This document shows, in pieces, positions 23,721 to 35,770 of a DNA stretch of 64,000 nucleotides. The position numbers were made by a program, and so were the translations under genes. The notes below the pieces were generated by a model. It saw only the letters and a program-made list of their open reading frames with translations. It searched no databases and was not told where the DNA came from. How positions within the stretch are numbered: the first letter of the stretch is position 1; every line of letters starts with the position of its first letter. Source of the DNA: Macrostomum hystrix (Eukaryota; Animalia; Platyhelminthes); NCBI GenBank assembly GCA_950097015.1, contig CATNEN010000001.1, positions 20,522,001-20,586,000 on the forward strand, given 5' to 3'.

Positions 23721-26700
23721 TCAGGCACGCAGGTCAGTCTTCTGCTTGAGCCTCTCTTCCAGACTGCGCCACTCCTCAAGCCTCTGCCGCACCTGGCAGA
23801 TCCTGCCAGCCTTTTCCGGATTCTGCATCAAGTCGTGCAGCGTCTGGGCATCTGGCAGGTGCGAGTGAATGTATGATATTTCCTCGGCCAGTTTGTGGTG
23901 CAGGTGATAGTCAATCGTGATTGCGACCGAGTCAATCAGACGGTTGGCCAGGATGGGCAGGTACTCCTTCACCAGTGAGTACACGCGCTGCTCGTCAAAG
24001 TCCAGACCCAGGCTTTCACTCTCAGGCTCAGGATCCGATGCGAAAGGGTCGTGTCCAGCAGTATTCGGAGCCCGCAATCCGTTGCGCCGATCGAGGGTGG
24101 CCTGCACGTAGCTTGGGCTGCCCATGAAATGCTTCCAGTTGCCTCTGAAAAGGCAGGGTCAGTTGAAATAAATGGGTGAGCTATTGGAATTTGAGGCCCT
24201 TATGATTGGTTAAAAATTGTATTTGCTATTTCATCAACAGTCTATAAACTGTTAAAAAAATCGTCAGCTTGAAGTATTTTTTTAGTATTTATGAAAGGAA
24301 CTAATAAACCAATTCAAAAGGGATTAAAGCTAGAGCTTCCATAGTTCTGGATAAAGATAGATTTTATCAGTAAACGGCGTTCACAGCACAGAACAAATCA
24401 TTTCTACTATGTTTAGCGGAAAGAGGACCTAACTTACGCAACGCTGCTCTTGAACTGCGGGTTGCGTGTCTGGATGCAGGTGGCTTCCATGTTCAGCAGG
24501 TCGAGCAGCTTCTTGCGAGCATTGTCCCTACACAAGGTCGAGATTTTAGTAAGCCTCTCCTTCATGAATTCATTGAACGGCGGATGATTTTCGAACATTT
24601 TGTCAGCGGCAGACAGCATGTAATCCTGCACTGCAGTTCCGTTTTTGTCGAAAACTTCCATCGTCATTCGCTGGTATTTAGTGGTCACCAGGGCCTTAAC
24701 AATGCGGCGCTGGACAGGGAAAATGTTGGCGGCCAGTTCGAACTCACAACCGCGCTGGTGGCAAAACTCTTCTTTGATCTGCTGAGCCACTGAAATGTAA
24801 ATTTCAGGTCCTTTGTGCGCTGATTGCTGAAGGTACGAGACTCGTACTTTAATAATTAACACAGATCTAAAGTTTTCAGCAGGTGGTTGGTAACGAAATA
24901 GTCTCAAGTCTTAGCCAGGTAGGGACGAGAGGACCAAGCCACGCGCGCAGACGGCTGGTGAAACCTCGCTGCCCAGAGCGCGCATGGCTGGTGCACACCC
25001 GCCCCACCCCCATACAACGCCTCACAACCGGCCCAACGCACAAACACAAACGCAAACAAGTAGGCATGCAGAAGGCAGGATTAAGCTATTTTAAAGTAGC
25101 TTTGGTTGCACAGAATAAGGTGCATCTCCGCAAGTCACTACTTCGCAAACCTCCAACTAAGCCACGAAATAATCGTGACTTGGAGGGAGGAACGAACCAG
25201 CGTCCATTGGAAAGTGAGGCAACTATTAGCCTATTAGCCGCAGACCCACTTACCCCCCTTGGTGATGCCCACTCGTCTCAGAAACGTTTTACTATCAACC
25301 AACTGAGTTTGCTCTACAAAAATCAAGTTCTCTTCCACCAAAACCCCCAATCATTAAAGCTGTCCTTACGCGCTTTATCGCTCTTAGTCTGGTCGGTCGA
25401 CTCTCTGATGCCATTCTCGAACTCGTCGAGCTCCCTCTGGCACTTCGCGTACAGTGTGTTCTTATTCATCCGGTGCGTTCCGGTGACCTGCTCCTCGATT
25501 TCCTTGGCGAACGTGCTCAGCAGCAAGTTGGCGGTTTTCCTCGAGTCGGCCGACTGTGTCGGCTCACCGTCAAGCAGCTTGTCGAGATCGGCCTGTCGAT
25601 CGCATCGCCGCTTCTGCAGTTTGAAGTCCAGAGCCAGTCTACGAGACTGTTTTAAAGGCCCCTCGATGAGGCTCGACGCATCTCAAGCAATGAAAGAGTT
25701 CTCACTCACCGTCACTAACCCGGCGATCTCTTCCGTCCAGGGTGCCAGCTTCTGCATCACCTCATTGCAGAGCCTAACGAGCAGCTGTTGAGTGCCACAC
25801 TGTGCTGGGTTCATGCGCTTGAATACGTCTCGCTGAAGCAGAACTTTTCGTTCACCCGAAGCTCCTTGCATGATGAATTCGCGACACGCCACAGGGATGA
25901 AGACTTTCGTCGCTACGTCATCCCGGCGGCCGGACACGAGCTCGCCGATCCGTTCCTCCCAGTTTTCGCTCAACGTGTCGCAGTGCGTGATCACTCCGAT
26001 GGTTCGCTTTCCACTGGGATCGAACTTTCTGGACAGCTGGAAGGCCTTCACCGCAGAGACGTCGGTGGTGCACTTGAATACCACGATGATGATGGCCTGC
26101 TCGCTCTCAACGAAGCGCTCGATGATCTTGATGGTCTGTTCTTCAACGTCCCTTGTGGATCTGAGAATAAAAGGATTTATAGACTGTCAAAAAACGATGG
26201 CTTGTTTAAAGAAAACTATGTTTCATGTCAGCAAAAACAAGCATATGATGCGGTGTTTCCTACAGAGGGTTGTTGAATCAAGATTTGCGCTAACTAAACA
26301 TATAGGTTTCACCCTCACCTGTTGATGCCAGGCAAGTCTACTAAAGTCAAGTCGAAACCGTTTGGTGTCTGGATGAGCACTCGGATGGTCTCGTCCGTGA
26401 TCTGCAAGCCGGAGGACGCCACAAGAACCTCCTGAGCATGCTTTATCTCCTTTTCGATATCATCCTGAGCAATCAGCTTGCTGAAGTTGTTCCCGCCGAT
26501 TTTGTAGCTGCAAGGTGCAGGGATTGGTGAGTTGCTTATGCTGTTTCATGTTTCACTTAATAAGCTCAAATTTCTGAGAACATTTCCAAAGCGGATGATC
26601 TGCCTTTACCTGATTTCGATCCTCCCGATGCCTTTTCTCAGGCATAGCTGGATGGGGCACTTTGTGCACAGCTGGGTGTCTTTGGGCAGCTTGACGTTTG

Positions 26701-26932
26701 CCACCGCTTCCATCACCGTGGACTTGCCTTCGGACTGGTCGCCTATCACCACAATGGTAGGGTAGTTCACAGCGCTGCTACAGCCATCCCTCTTGAGGGC
26801 CTCGGAGGCGTCAAGGAACGGTCCTAGCTTGCTCGTCAAACGGCCCAGTAGCTGCTCAGATTCATGGCTCGACAGTCCGGAGGAAGGGAGCCGGTCAGTA
26901 GCCTCACTGCTGGCATCATGCCAGTCTTCCAT
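23721..26932 (-). CDS. Mx-like dynamin-family large GTPase, ~671 aa; exons 26932-26610, 26507-26319, 26160-25710, 25646-25370, 24789-24438, 24144-23721
   Basis: G1 IVVIGDQSEGKST (Mx-type GDQS), G2 LCTKCPIQL, G3 DLTLVDLPG, G4 region DPSGKRTIGVITHCD, middle domain QRGCEF, C-terminal GED (EYLPILANRLIDSVAITIDYHL...VRQRLEE); no PH or PRD; exons sum to 2016 nt in frame. Confidence 0.88.
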
Positions 26933-27614
26933 TGTGTCTGACGGTGGATGGAAAAGTATCAGTAAAAACTGCTGATAGATTTGCTTTCCGTTTGAAAGGG
27001 ATAACCGTGTTCCATTTTATATCTTCGTCCAGTAGGAACTACGTCGAACATATACATTGTAGCAGGTTCCAGTCAGTTCCTTGTAAAAAGCTAGTACACT
27101 CGTGCCTTTGTATCTGCATTCTAAAAATAGCCATTAAATCATACACCACTCAAAAAGAGAATCAAGTAGGAACTTTAAAGTACTGCATTATATGTCTATC
27201 TGCATTCTAAAAATAGGAATTCAGTCACATAGAGCGCATTTTGGTGAAGGGAACACTTCTGTGTGCTTATTGCTGCAGATTCATAATTCTAACTCTCTAA
27301 ACTGAGTGTACTCACCAAGATCATTTACCTGATAATGGGGCATTGGTTGTTTGCTAGGGGGTGAGAATTAATTAGGTTTTAACCAAAAAGACACTATTGT
27401 CTGCTAAATGGACCATTAATTGCCCGCTTTAGGGGAGTCATTAGTTAGTTTAGTTGTGTAGTGATCTGTGTACATCTTTATCAACTGCCTCTGGCGTACT
27501 GGGTTTTACTGCTTATTTTTTCAAATCGAATTCTCTAAATTTGTTGCTTGTTAATTTGCGTACTTTAGCATAACTTTAAAAAGGAGGGGAATTTAAAGAT
27601 CCCAAAATTCTGCT

Positions 27615-27646
27615 TGTGCTCCCCGGAGGGGGGCAAAAACTGCTAG
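27615..27646 (+). mobile_element. Helitron 3' terminus (hairpin + CTAG)
   Basis: GCTCCCCGGAGGGGGGC hairpin followed by CTAG|T; same structure at 30661-30689. Confidence 0.65.
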
Positions 27647-29136
27647 TCCTTCCTTCCTACTATACTAAATTTCTAAGATCTGTCCATCTGAAATGCTCTA
27701 GCGATTGAATGGCTAGACCATCCTACTATACTAAATGTCTAAGATCTGTTGGTTGGTTTGTCCATCTGTCCTACTATACTAAATGTCTAAGATCTGTCCA
27801 TCTGAAATGCTCTAGCGATTGAATGGCTAGACCAATTTTTTCCTGCTTTCACCAAAAAGTGCCAATTCATCCAAGGATTAGACTGATCAAATTTCATCAT
27901 TCTGTCTCAATGCCAAGGGTATTAAATATTCGAAAAACATTATTTTTTCAAAGGTCAAACCATCTTGGCCTATTGAGAATTTTACTCACTGCCACTGAAT
28001 TAGAATTGCGTCGTCAAATTGCGCAACAACCCCTAGCTGATTGAATTTGAAGCCTGCACTCTGGAGACAAATTGGAAATAAATGTACACAACCAACCGCG
28101 AGACTGAGTGTACTCTATTTTCTCACTTCATTGTACAAAGCCAGAACTTTGAAAATTCATTTTATAAGGCAGATTTTTGCACCCGATGTGTAGGCACTAG
28201 GAATAGGTTAGGCTAGGCTAGGGTTCGATTCTGCACTGCGTCAAATCATTTAAACTAATAGTCAGCCAGTAGTGATTAAAGATTATTTTAATTTTTTTTC
28301 AATTCGTAAATAAAATATCATATATCATAAATCATAGCAAATCTGAGTTTGAATCATTGCAAAAATAGAGTTTGAATCATGGCTAAACCAGAGTTTGAAT
28401 CATGGCAAAACCATCCTTCCTTCCTCCAATCCTCCAACTATACTAAATCTCTAAAGTCTGTCTGTCTGTGGAATTTCGATACACAGGCTAAATGCCTCAA
28501 CCAAATTTGATTGCGTTTTTTGCTAAACATGCCAAATTTTACTGGCATGAGACCTTGAAAATTTCGTTAGTCTGCTTCAATGCTAACAATATTAAATATT
28601 CGAAAAACGAGTTTTTCTATTGCTTTAAATAGGAGGCCAAACAAGGTTAAATTAGAATGGGGCCGGACACTGTCAGTTTTATTAGATTGCATCGGTGCTT
28701 TTTCTCGCCCGCGTGGCATTGGTATAGCAAAAATATTGAGCGCAGCTAAGAGCGTAAATTATTTCAAATTTTTCTATTTTTTGAGCATTGTTTTAAGCGT
28801 TATTCGATCAAAAAAATAGCTTATTTAATAATAATAATTATAAAACTTTATTCGACGAACACTGATCGAAACCGTTTTCTAAAGTGCTCAACGATTTTCT
28901 AAATGTGTTTAACAGTTTTCTAAATGTATCTACCGTGCCACATGTAACAGGAGATGTAACAGGAGATATTTGTTGCCTTCTGGGCTGAGTAAAACGATGG
29001 ACACATCGTTTCTATGCTATTCGGGGGCAATGGTTTCCTGTCAAAGAAAAGGGCAAACATTTCTTGCTGCGAGTTTGGTAGCCTGCAAGTAGCCTCCATT
29101 CTGGTATTATGGAGGTTCTCTTCTGTTTGGAGAACA

Positions 29137-29492
29137 TTAGTTCTCTGCTGCTGGGGGAATTAGTTCTCTGCTGCTTGGGGAATTAGTTCTCTGCTGCTGG
29201 GGGAATTAGTTCTCTGCTGCTTGGGGAATTAGTTCTCTGCTGCTGGGGGAATTAGTTCTCTGCTGCTGGGGGAATTAGTTCTCTGCTGCTGGGGGAATTA
29301 GTTCTCTGCTGCTGGGGGGAATTAGTTCTCTGCTGCTGGGGGAATTAGTTCTCTGCTGCTGGGGGAATTAGTTCTCTGCTGCTGGGGGGAATTAGTTCTC
29401 TGCTGCTGGTGGGAATTAGTTCTCTGCTGCTGGGGGAATTAGTTCTCTGCTGCTGGGGGAATTAGTTCTCTGCTGCTGGGGGAATTAGTTCT
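29137..29492. repeat. 23-bp minisatellite (GGGGGAATTAGTTCTCTGCTGCT)n
   Basis: Direct reading of the sequence. Confidence 0.95.
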
Positions 29493-29756
29493 CATGGCAA
29501 AACCAGCGTTTGAATCATGGCTAAACCAGAGTTTGAATCATGGCTAAACCAGAGCTTGAATCATGGCAAAACCAGAGTTTGAATCATGGCTAAACAAGAG
29601 TTTGAATCATGGATAAACCAGAGTTTGAATCATGGCTAAACCAGAGTTTGAGTCATGGCTAAACCAGAGTTTCGATCATGGCTAAACCAGAGTTTGAATC
29701 ATGGCTAAACCAGAGTTTAAATCATGGCAAAACCAGAGTTTGAATCATAGCTAAAT
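29493..29756. repeat. 23-bp minisatellite (AAACCAGAGTTTGAATCATGGCT)n, also at 28335-28413
   Basis: Direct reading of the sequence. Confidence 0.95.
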
Positions 29757-29759
29757 CGG

Positions 29760-30596
29760 AACTGGGGGATAATCGTCAACTGTGGGATAATTGTAAACTG
29801 GGGAATCATCATCAAATGGGGGATCATGGTCAACTGGGGATCATTGTCAAATGGGGATCATCATCATTTGGGAGTCATCATCAAATGGGGGATCATGGTC
29901 AACTGGGAGATCATTGTCAAATGGGGATCATCATCATTTGGGAGTCATCATCAAATGGGGGATCATGGTCAACTGGGAGATCATTGTCAACTGGGTGATC
30001 ATCATCAACTGGGGGATCATTGTCAACTAGGGGGTAATGGCCAACTGGGGTAACATTGTCAACTGGGGATCATCATCAATGGGGGATCATAGTCAACTGG
30101 GAGATAATTGTCAACTGGGTGATCATCATCAACTGGGGGATCATTGCCAACTGGGAGATCATCTTCAACTGGTGGATCATCATTATCTGGGGGATCATTG
30201 TGAACTGTGGGATCATTGTCAACTGGGGGATCATTGTCAACTGTGGGATCATTGTCAACTGGTTGATCATCATCAACTGGGGGATCATTGTCAACTGGGG
30301 GATCGTTGTCAATTGGAGGTTCATTGTCAACTGTGGGATCATTGTCAACTGTGGGATCATTGTCAACTGGGGGATCATTGTCAACTGGGGGATCATTGTC
30401 AACTGGGGGATAATTGTCAACTGGGGATCATTGTCAACTGGGGGATCATTGTCAACTGGGGGGATCATTGTCAACTGGGGGATCATTGTCAACTGGGGAT
30501 CATCATCAATTAGGGGATCATTGTCAACTGGGGAATCATTGTCAACTGGGGGATCATTGTCAACTGGTTGATCATTGTCAACTGGGGGATCATTGT
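29760..30596. repeat. 18-bp minisatellite (GGGGGATCATTGTCAACT)n
   Basis: Direct reading; source of several spurious ORFs. Confidence 0.95.
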
Positions 30597-30689
30597 AGCT
30601 TTAAAAAGATGTAAATTCAGCTGCTAAAAAGTATATACAAGACGAATTAAAAATATTTCTGCTCCCCGAAGGGGGGCAAAACTTGCTAG

Positions 30690-32025
30690 TCTCACTATAC
30701 TAAATCTCTAAGATTTTTCTGTCTGTTTGTCAGTCTGCAGCCTGAATGCCTGAACCGATATTTTTCTAACTTGCTTCATTAGATTGGAAATTCTTGTGAG
30801 ATTGAGTGGATCTCTTTGTTTTGAAAAATTCTGATGGGAAGATAGTAAATAGGGCCCTGAACTGCCCATTTTAATTGATTGTATTGCAGTGCTTTTCTCA
30901 CCCGCGGGTGTGTTAGCTGAAGACAGGCTGAGTTTGAGTTGTGCAATACTTTCTTTGCTTAAGTCAGCTGGCTGAGTGATTTGATTTGATTTGTAAAAAA
31001 TGTACATAGCTTCATTTATTAGTGATAAAATATACACAACTCAATCAAATTTAGATGTACATAACTCTAATGTACATAACTCTAATAGAAATGATTGAAT
31101 TTAAAAGGTAGTTTTGTTGACTCGCTCATCAATAGGCGGTGCAGCGCATCGCAAGGAACTGAGGCTAGGATAGGCTAGGCCAGATTTCATTGACCCGAGT
31201 TCTCATCTTTGATACATCGAAATCTAATCGAGTTATTAAACTTGAAACATTTTTCGCGTCTGATTTATAAATCTTGCTCTAAATGTGAGGGAAAGTTGTA
31301 GATTTTTTCTCTGCTAAAGGGAGGGCTGTAGCGGACCTAAAAGCGAAGATTTCGGCATGACGATTCGGAGCTCTAAAGTTATTCAACGTCTTTCACGTAC
31401 TTCGCCATGCCACTTGACCATCGTTTTCGCAAACCCTTGTTGGCTTAGTTATCGTCTATGGTCCACAGTTGCGACTTAGATGAAGCCACAGATTCTATAT
31501 TACCTATATTACAGATTCTATATTCTATAGGTAATATAGAATCTGTGGATGAAGCCACTTGTTGCGCGAGTTTTGTTATTAAACTTTCTGCTCGCCAGCT
31601 AGAGAGCTACCCGCAAATATATGCTAGAGTTCTGATCCTCTACAGGGCATTAATTCTCTGTTAAATTGGGGCATTAATTCTCTGTTAAATTGGGGCATTA
31701 ATTCTCTGTTAAATTGGGGCATTAATTCTCTGTTAAATTGGGGCATTAATTCGCTGCATGCTCAATGGGGGACTTTGTTCTTTGCTAAATGGGGGCATTG
31801 GTTCGCTGCTAAAGGGGGTAAGTTTATTCGCTCCACAGGGAATGTGGTTCTCGCTAAAGGGGGACATTGTTATTTGCTAAAGGGGTGCATTGTTTGTTGC
31901 AAGCTAAAGGGGTGCATTGTTTTCTGCATGCTAAAGGGCTGCATTGTTTGTTGCATGCCAAAGGGGGACATTGTTTTCTGCATGCTAAGTGGTGCATTGT
32001 TTGCTGCATGCTAAAGGGGGGACAA
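30690..32025 (+). mobile_element. Helitron 5' portion abutting the previous copy head-to-tail; 3'-truncated, with 24-bp and ~28-bp minisatellites (31645-32025)
   Basis: CTAG|TCTCACTATACTAAATCTCTAAG junction; repeats GGGCATTAATTCTCTGTTAAATTG and AAAGGGG..CATTGTTTTCTGCATGCT. Confidence 0.6.
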
Positions 32026-33013
32026 CGTTTTCTGCTGTGGGCTGGATGAAGTCAGCTTGGATCCGAGCCAAACGCTGCTTCAGAGCTGCCTTCCAGCAAG
32101 AGATGGCGTTCTCTACCGGAGTCAAGAATGGGCTGTAGACTGGCAGTCGCTTGATCTCGATCAGACCCGGAAGTTCGAAGACTTCAGCGTCATTGTGACT
32201 GCTGACGTTGTCAATCACAATGCTGCATCGCCGGTCCGGGTGCACCTGCTGGAAGTTGGCGATTGTGATGCTCACAAATTCGCCAAATCGCTCCTTTGTC
32301 ATGCCCTTCTCGTAGGTGTGATAGTGCACGACACCAAGAGTCGGGCTGACAGCCAAGCAAACCGTCACGCGCTGCCCCTTCTGCCCAGAAACCACTCTGT
32401 AAGCGCGTTGGCCTTTCTGGGACCGGCCCATTGAGCGGCGCATCCAGGTGTTGAATCTGAAATCATCAATAAAGATCTTCTCCATCTCCAGGGTCTCCTC
32501 AGAGCACAGCCACTCTGCAAACTGGCGTCGGGTCTCAATCGTAGTAACCGAGTTTCTCTCAGCCGGTATGTCGCGAACCAGTTTGGTTGTATACAGAGCA
32601 CCGTCAAGCTTGATGCTAATGGTCTTGTCCGAGACGTGCGGCTTGCTTGGGTATCTGTTGCGCAACATGCCGTTCATCTGCGACAGCGTAAGCAGGGGGT
32701 TGTGCTGGACGATTGCGCACAGAAAGCGTTGCATTTCGTTGTCCCACTTTGAATGCTTCGCACCTCCCTTTGCTTTCTTCTCAGCTCTGCCGGTCCGAAC
32801 AATGGCATAAGCAGTCGTCCTCTTTATCCCCAGTTGGATCGCAAGGTGTACGAAGTCCTCTCCGTTCTCATGAGCTGTAATTCGGCGCTGTCGGTCCTGA
32901 ACAGAAACTGACTGGTTTCAACTTTGTTCCGGCTGCTGCTCTTCTTCAATCGGATCGTCGGTTGACTCCGAAACTTCTTCTTCCAGAAACGATTCCGCGT
33001 CCTCGTCGATCAT
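32020..33013 (-). pseudogene. IS630/Tc1-mariner (DDE_3) transposase, inactivated
   Basis: ATG at 33013; in-frame TGA at 32920-32918; HTH region (LAIQLGIKRTTAYAIV); IFIDDFRFN, IVIDNVSSH, LPVYSPFLTPVENAIS; 3' end runs into Helitron repeats. Confidence 0.85.
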
Positions 33014-34673
33014 TTAAATTTTCTAAGTTATGGAGTATAAAAATAAGGACGGAACGGAAGCGAGTCAAGGTGGCGGATTAAACTAGAGTGACACAGAGAA
33101 GAGAAGGCTCTCATCTAACTTTTACCCTGGACAAGACCATTTCGTTTATGGCAAAAGCTCCCGATGGTTCATGAACTGTATAGTCATGAAAAGTCCGTCG
33201 AAATTGGACGTAGACTGTCTATATTGAAGTGGAGTTGATAAAATTGAAGCGGATATTCAGGAGAATTTACCATAGAGTGTAACTTTTGTCGTTCGCTGTG
33301 TCAAAATTGAATCAGAGTTTTAGACAACTTGAGGAGTGAGGATTTGGCTCGCGCATTGGCTAAATCGGACCTTTTCAAAATTGAAGTTGACTGTGTCAAA
33401 ATTGAATGTAGCTTTGACGTGCCTTGCCGTTAACTGTCGAATTTGAATCGGAGTTTGTCACTATTGAAGTTTTCGTTGTTCAAAATTGAGGGTAAAATGG
33501 TGTAAAGGGTTTTAATTTTTGCTAAACTAACTATGCTTTGAGTGTGTGCGAAATGTAACCATAGCAGTGTCATTAGTAGATTTAGCTGCTCTCGTTCGAT
33601 AAATTAGACTCTCAAGATTCGCGTTTAATGATTTGGTACTCAGAATTAAAAAAAAATTATGTTAATCGTTATCGTCAAAATACATCAAAATATCCTTAAC
33701 TTCCCTAATCCCTAAGTCTGATCCTAATAGACTGCGACTACCCGACACCTGCTATAAGGTTTGGTACACCGGCAACTCAGGCATTAGGGTACGCGATTCA
33801 GAGGTACGCACCTGTGGCACCTGTTGTCTATGGCTTCCGCACAAAAGAGAACAATCTAATTGTCAGGTCTGGCAAATAGAAAAATACCAAAGTCTTTTTA
33901 CGCGCTGGTTGCACTTTGTGGACCTCAGCGTCTCATTATTATATATTTTATTATATTCACTGATTGGGAGTAAATATTTACTATTGATATTGTTATTTTT
34001 ATGAATATTGAAAATATTGCATGAGAAAACAAACAAAATAAGTATACTGGTACGATTACATAATAATCAGTAATTGCTGAAGCCTCATACAAACTCCCAA
34101 AGTGCTGGCTACTTGTTATAAACAAGCTATCAACTCTGTTGGCTAGACCTGTACCACGCGAGGACATAACCTGTGTGCTGGTAGCTTGTTGCTAAGCAGA
34201 AATTCTTCAGAAAACTCTAGACTGCCCTGAAAACCTGGTTTTTTTACAATTTATATAGTGTATACATAGTGTATCATTTAGCAAGATAAAAATTATGATG
34301 GAACTTTCGATAGTGACTAACTACAGCGAAGAACTGCAAGATAGAAATTGTACGAAAATTGTGTTAATCAGTGGAGAGCTTGTTCCAGAACACCAGAACA
34401 CTAGGGGCTTTGCGAGAAAGTTGTAGCAGGCAGATCGCGTACTGTGCATAAAGTTTGTATAGACAACTGTTCATTGTTCATTGTTAAATTCGGGGTTAAA
34501 TCGATTTAAAGGCATGGACTCTGCCTGAGAACAATCGACCGTTTCTTAAACGCTGAACATTAGAGTAGAGAAAAGTGAATACATTTTCAATCACGCCAAA
34601 GAAGAAATAATGAACTAGAATGCGTACAGCAGGTTATACAATGGAACGGAGCATAAACGAAGATGCAAAAAAC

Positions 34674-35297
34674 CTATACAAAGATCTTAACCTCTGTGCT
34701 CTTCACAGCCCTGTTCATGTCCTTTGAAGCGGACCGACAGATGCAACAGACGATCGTGAATGGGACAATGATAATTGTGAGAAAAGCGAATGAAACCAGC
34801 ACATACGTTGTTGTATTCCGTAGATGGTCATACTTAGGATCATAGATATATTCAGGCTGATAATAACTATCATTATAGCAAAAACGATACGATCCGTTGG
34901 AGCACGCAATGCTACCACGAAGTTGATTTAAAAAAATATTTCTTTCACTATAAAGACCCATTGAAACTGAAAGGAAGAAAAAAATAAGGCAGATATAAAG
35001 CAAGACAAAGTACAATGCCATATTTTTAGCGAATGATTGCCGATTCAAAACACTGCCTCGACGCCGACCGTCCGACTTCGTCCTCTCAGCAGCGGCCAGC
35101 AACACCGTTCCAATAGACCAGCCGAGGCGTCTCGCCTTCCTCGTCAGCAAGATCAGCAGCGAGAGAGCGCAGCACGTGTAGAACAACTGCACCAGGCGAG
35201 GATTAGCGGGCTCTTCCAAATTGTCATCAGAGCCATCAAAAAGGCTTTTCTTGGTGGCGCGAACGGCCTCCTTAATGCTGTCATCAGTTAGGGATGG
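34674..35297 (-). CDS. Probable terminal exon of ANK-cGLR paralogue B and/or a separate small membrane protein (hydrophobic segments, NxS/T-rich loop)
   Basis: TTTACAG|CCA phase-0 acceptor fits the conserved phase-0 donor at 35770; open for 207 codons; hydrophobic stretches LVQLFYTCCALSLLILL, MALYFVLLYICLIFFFLSV, YVLVSFAFLTIIIVPFTIVCCIC. Confidence 0.55.
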   Translation of the reverse strand, partial: PSLTDDSIKEAVRATKKSLFDGSDDNLEEPANPRLVQLFYTCCALSLLILLTRKARRLGWSIGTVLLAAAERTKSDGRRRGSVLNRQSFAKNMALYFVLLYICLIFFFLSVSMGLYSERNIFLNQLRGSIACSNGSYRFCYNDSYYQPEYIYDPKYDHLRNTTTYVLVSFAFLTIIIVPFTIVCCICRSASKDMNRAVKSTEVKIFV

Positions 35298-35379
35298 CTG
35301 TAAATCAAAGGAAGTGAAGAGAGTTGGAAACAATTTCAAGTGAAGTGTCAGCATGGCCATGTACCCTAATAAATGAGAC

Positions 35380-35590
35380 CCTGAAGCCTAGTGGTTAGGG
35401 CTACGAACCGAGGACCACTGAAGTCTACGAACAGACAAACGATTATAGTTTACTGCAGCTGCATCAGAATTCTGAACAAAGGATCTGGAGTTCGTATTTC
35501 AGGACAAAAGTGATTTGTGTCCCTGAACAAAGCATTTATTCCCAAATTCTTCAGTTTTGCCTGATGTAAAATGGGTAGAGGCATTAGTCT
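35380..35590 (+). mobile_element. Degenerate tRNA-derived SINE
   Basis: A-box-like GCCTAGTGGTTAGG, B-box-like GGAGTTCGTATTTC, then GTGTCCCTGAACAAAGCATTT...TGTAAAATGGG, resembling conserved SINE core sequence. Confidence 0.5.
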
Positions 35591-35770
35591 ACTGCTGGTT
35601 CCCTATGAATCTCGAGCTGGGGAAAACATTTTTATGGGCCGAGCTGCTCCCTAACCCTTGGACTTAAAAAAAACAGAAGCTTGGAAGCGTAATGACAATA
35701 GCCGCAGGTTTTCCACTGTCATTTCTCGCCTCGCTGAATGATCTTCACATGCGTTTGTCCTCTGACTTAC

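Larger units (their letters stand above)
27647..30689 (+). mobile_element. Non-autonomous Helitron carrying minisatellites, with a second Helitron 5' portion nested at 28414-~29492
   Basis: 5' TC...CTACTATACTAAAT (repeated at 27655, 27721, 27769; variant at 28433); 3' hairpin GCTCCCCGAAGGGGGGC + CTAG; the 23-bp array is split by the nested copy. Confidence 0.7.

Noticed and set aside
25254-25313. Possible 60-bp cassette exon in the Mx intron (phase 1-1, AG/GT flanked)
   Set aside because: Frame-compatible, but skipping it gives a typical Mx length and a continuous middle domain; it cannot be supported without RNA data
24883-25791. 302-aa plus-strand ORF (similarly 4508-5026, 39399-40121, 60561-61064)
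   Set aside because: Antisense shadows of real coding exons with no recognisable domains
29816-30614. His/Cys-rich GDHCQL ORFs resembling a metal-binding protein
   Set aside because: An 18-bp minisatellite open in several frames, located inside a Helitron
34674-35360. TM ORF as a STING homologue
   Set aside because: No ~200-aa cytosolic cyclic-dinucleotide-binding domain follows the TM segments
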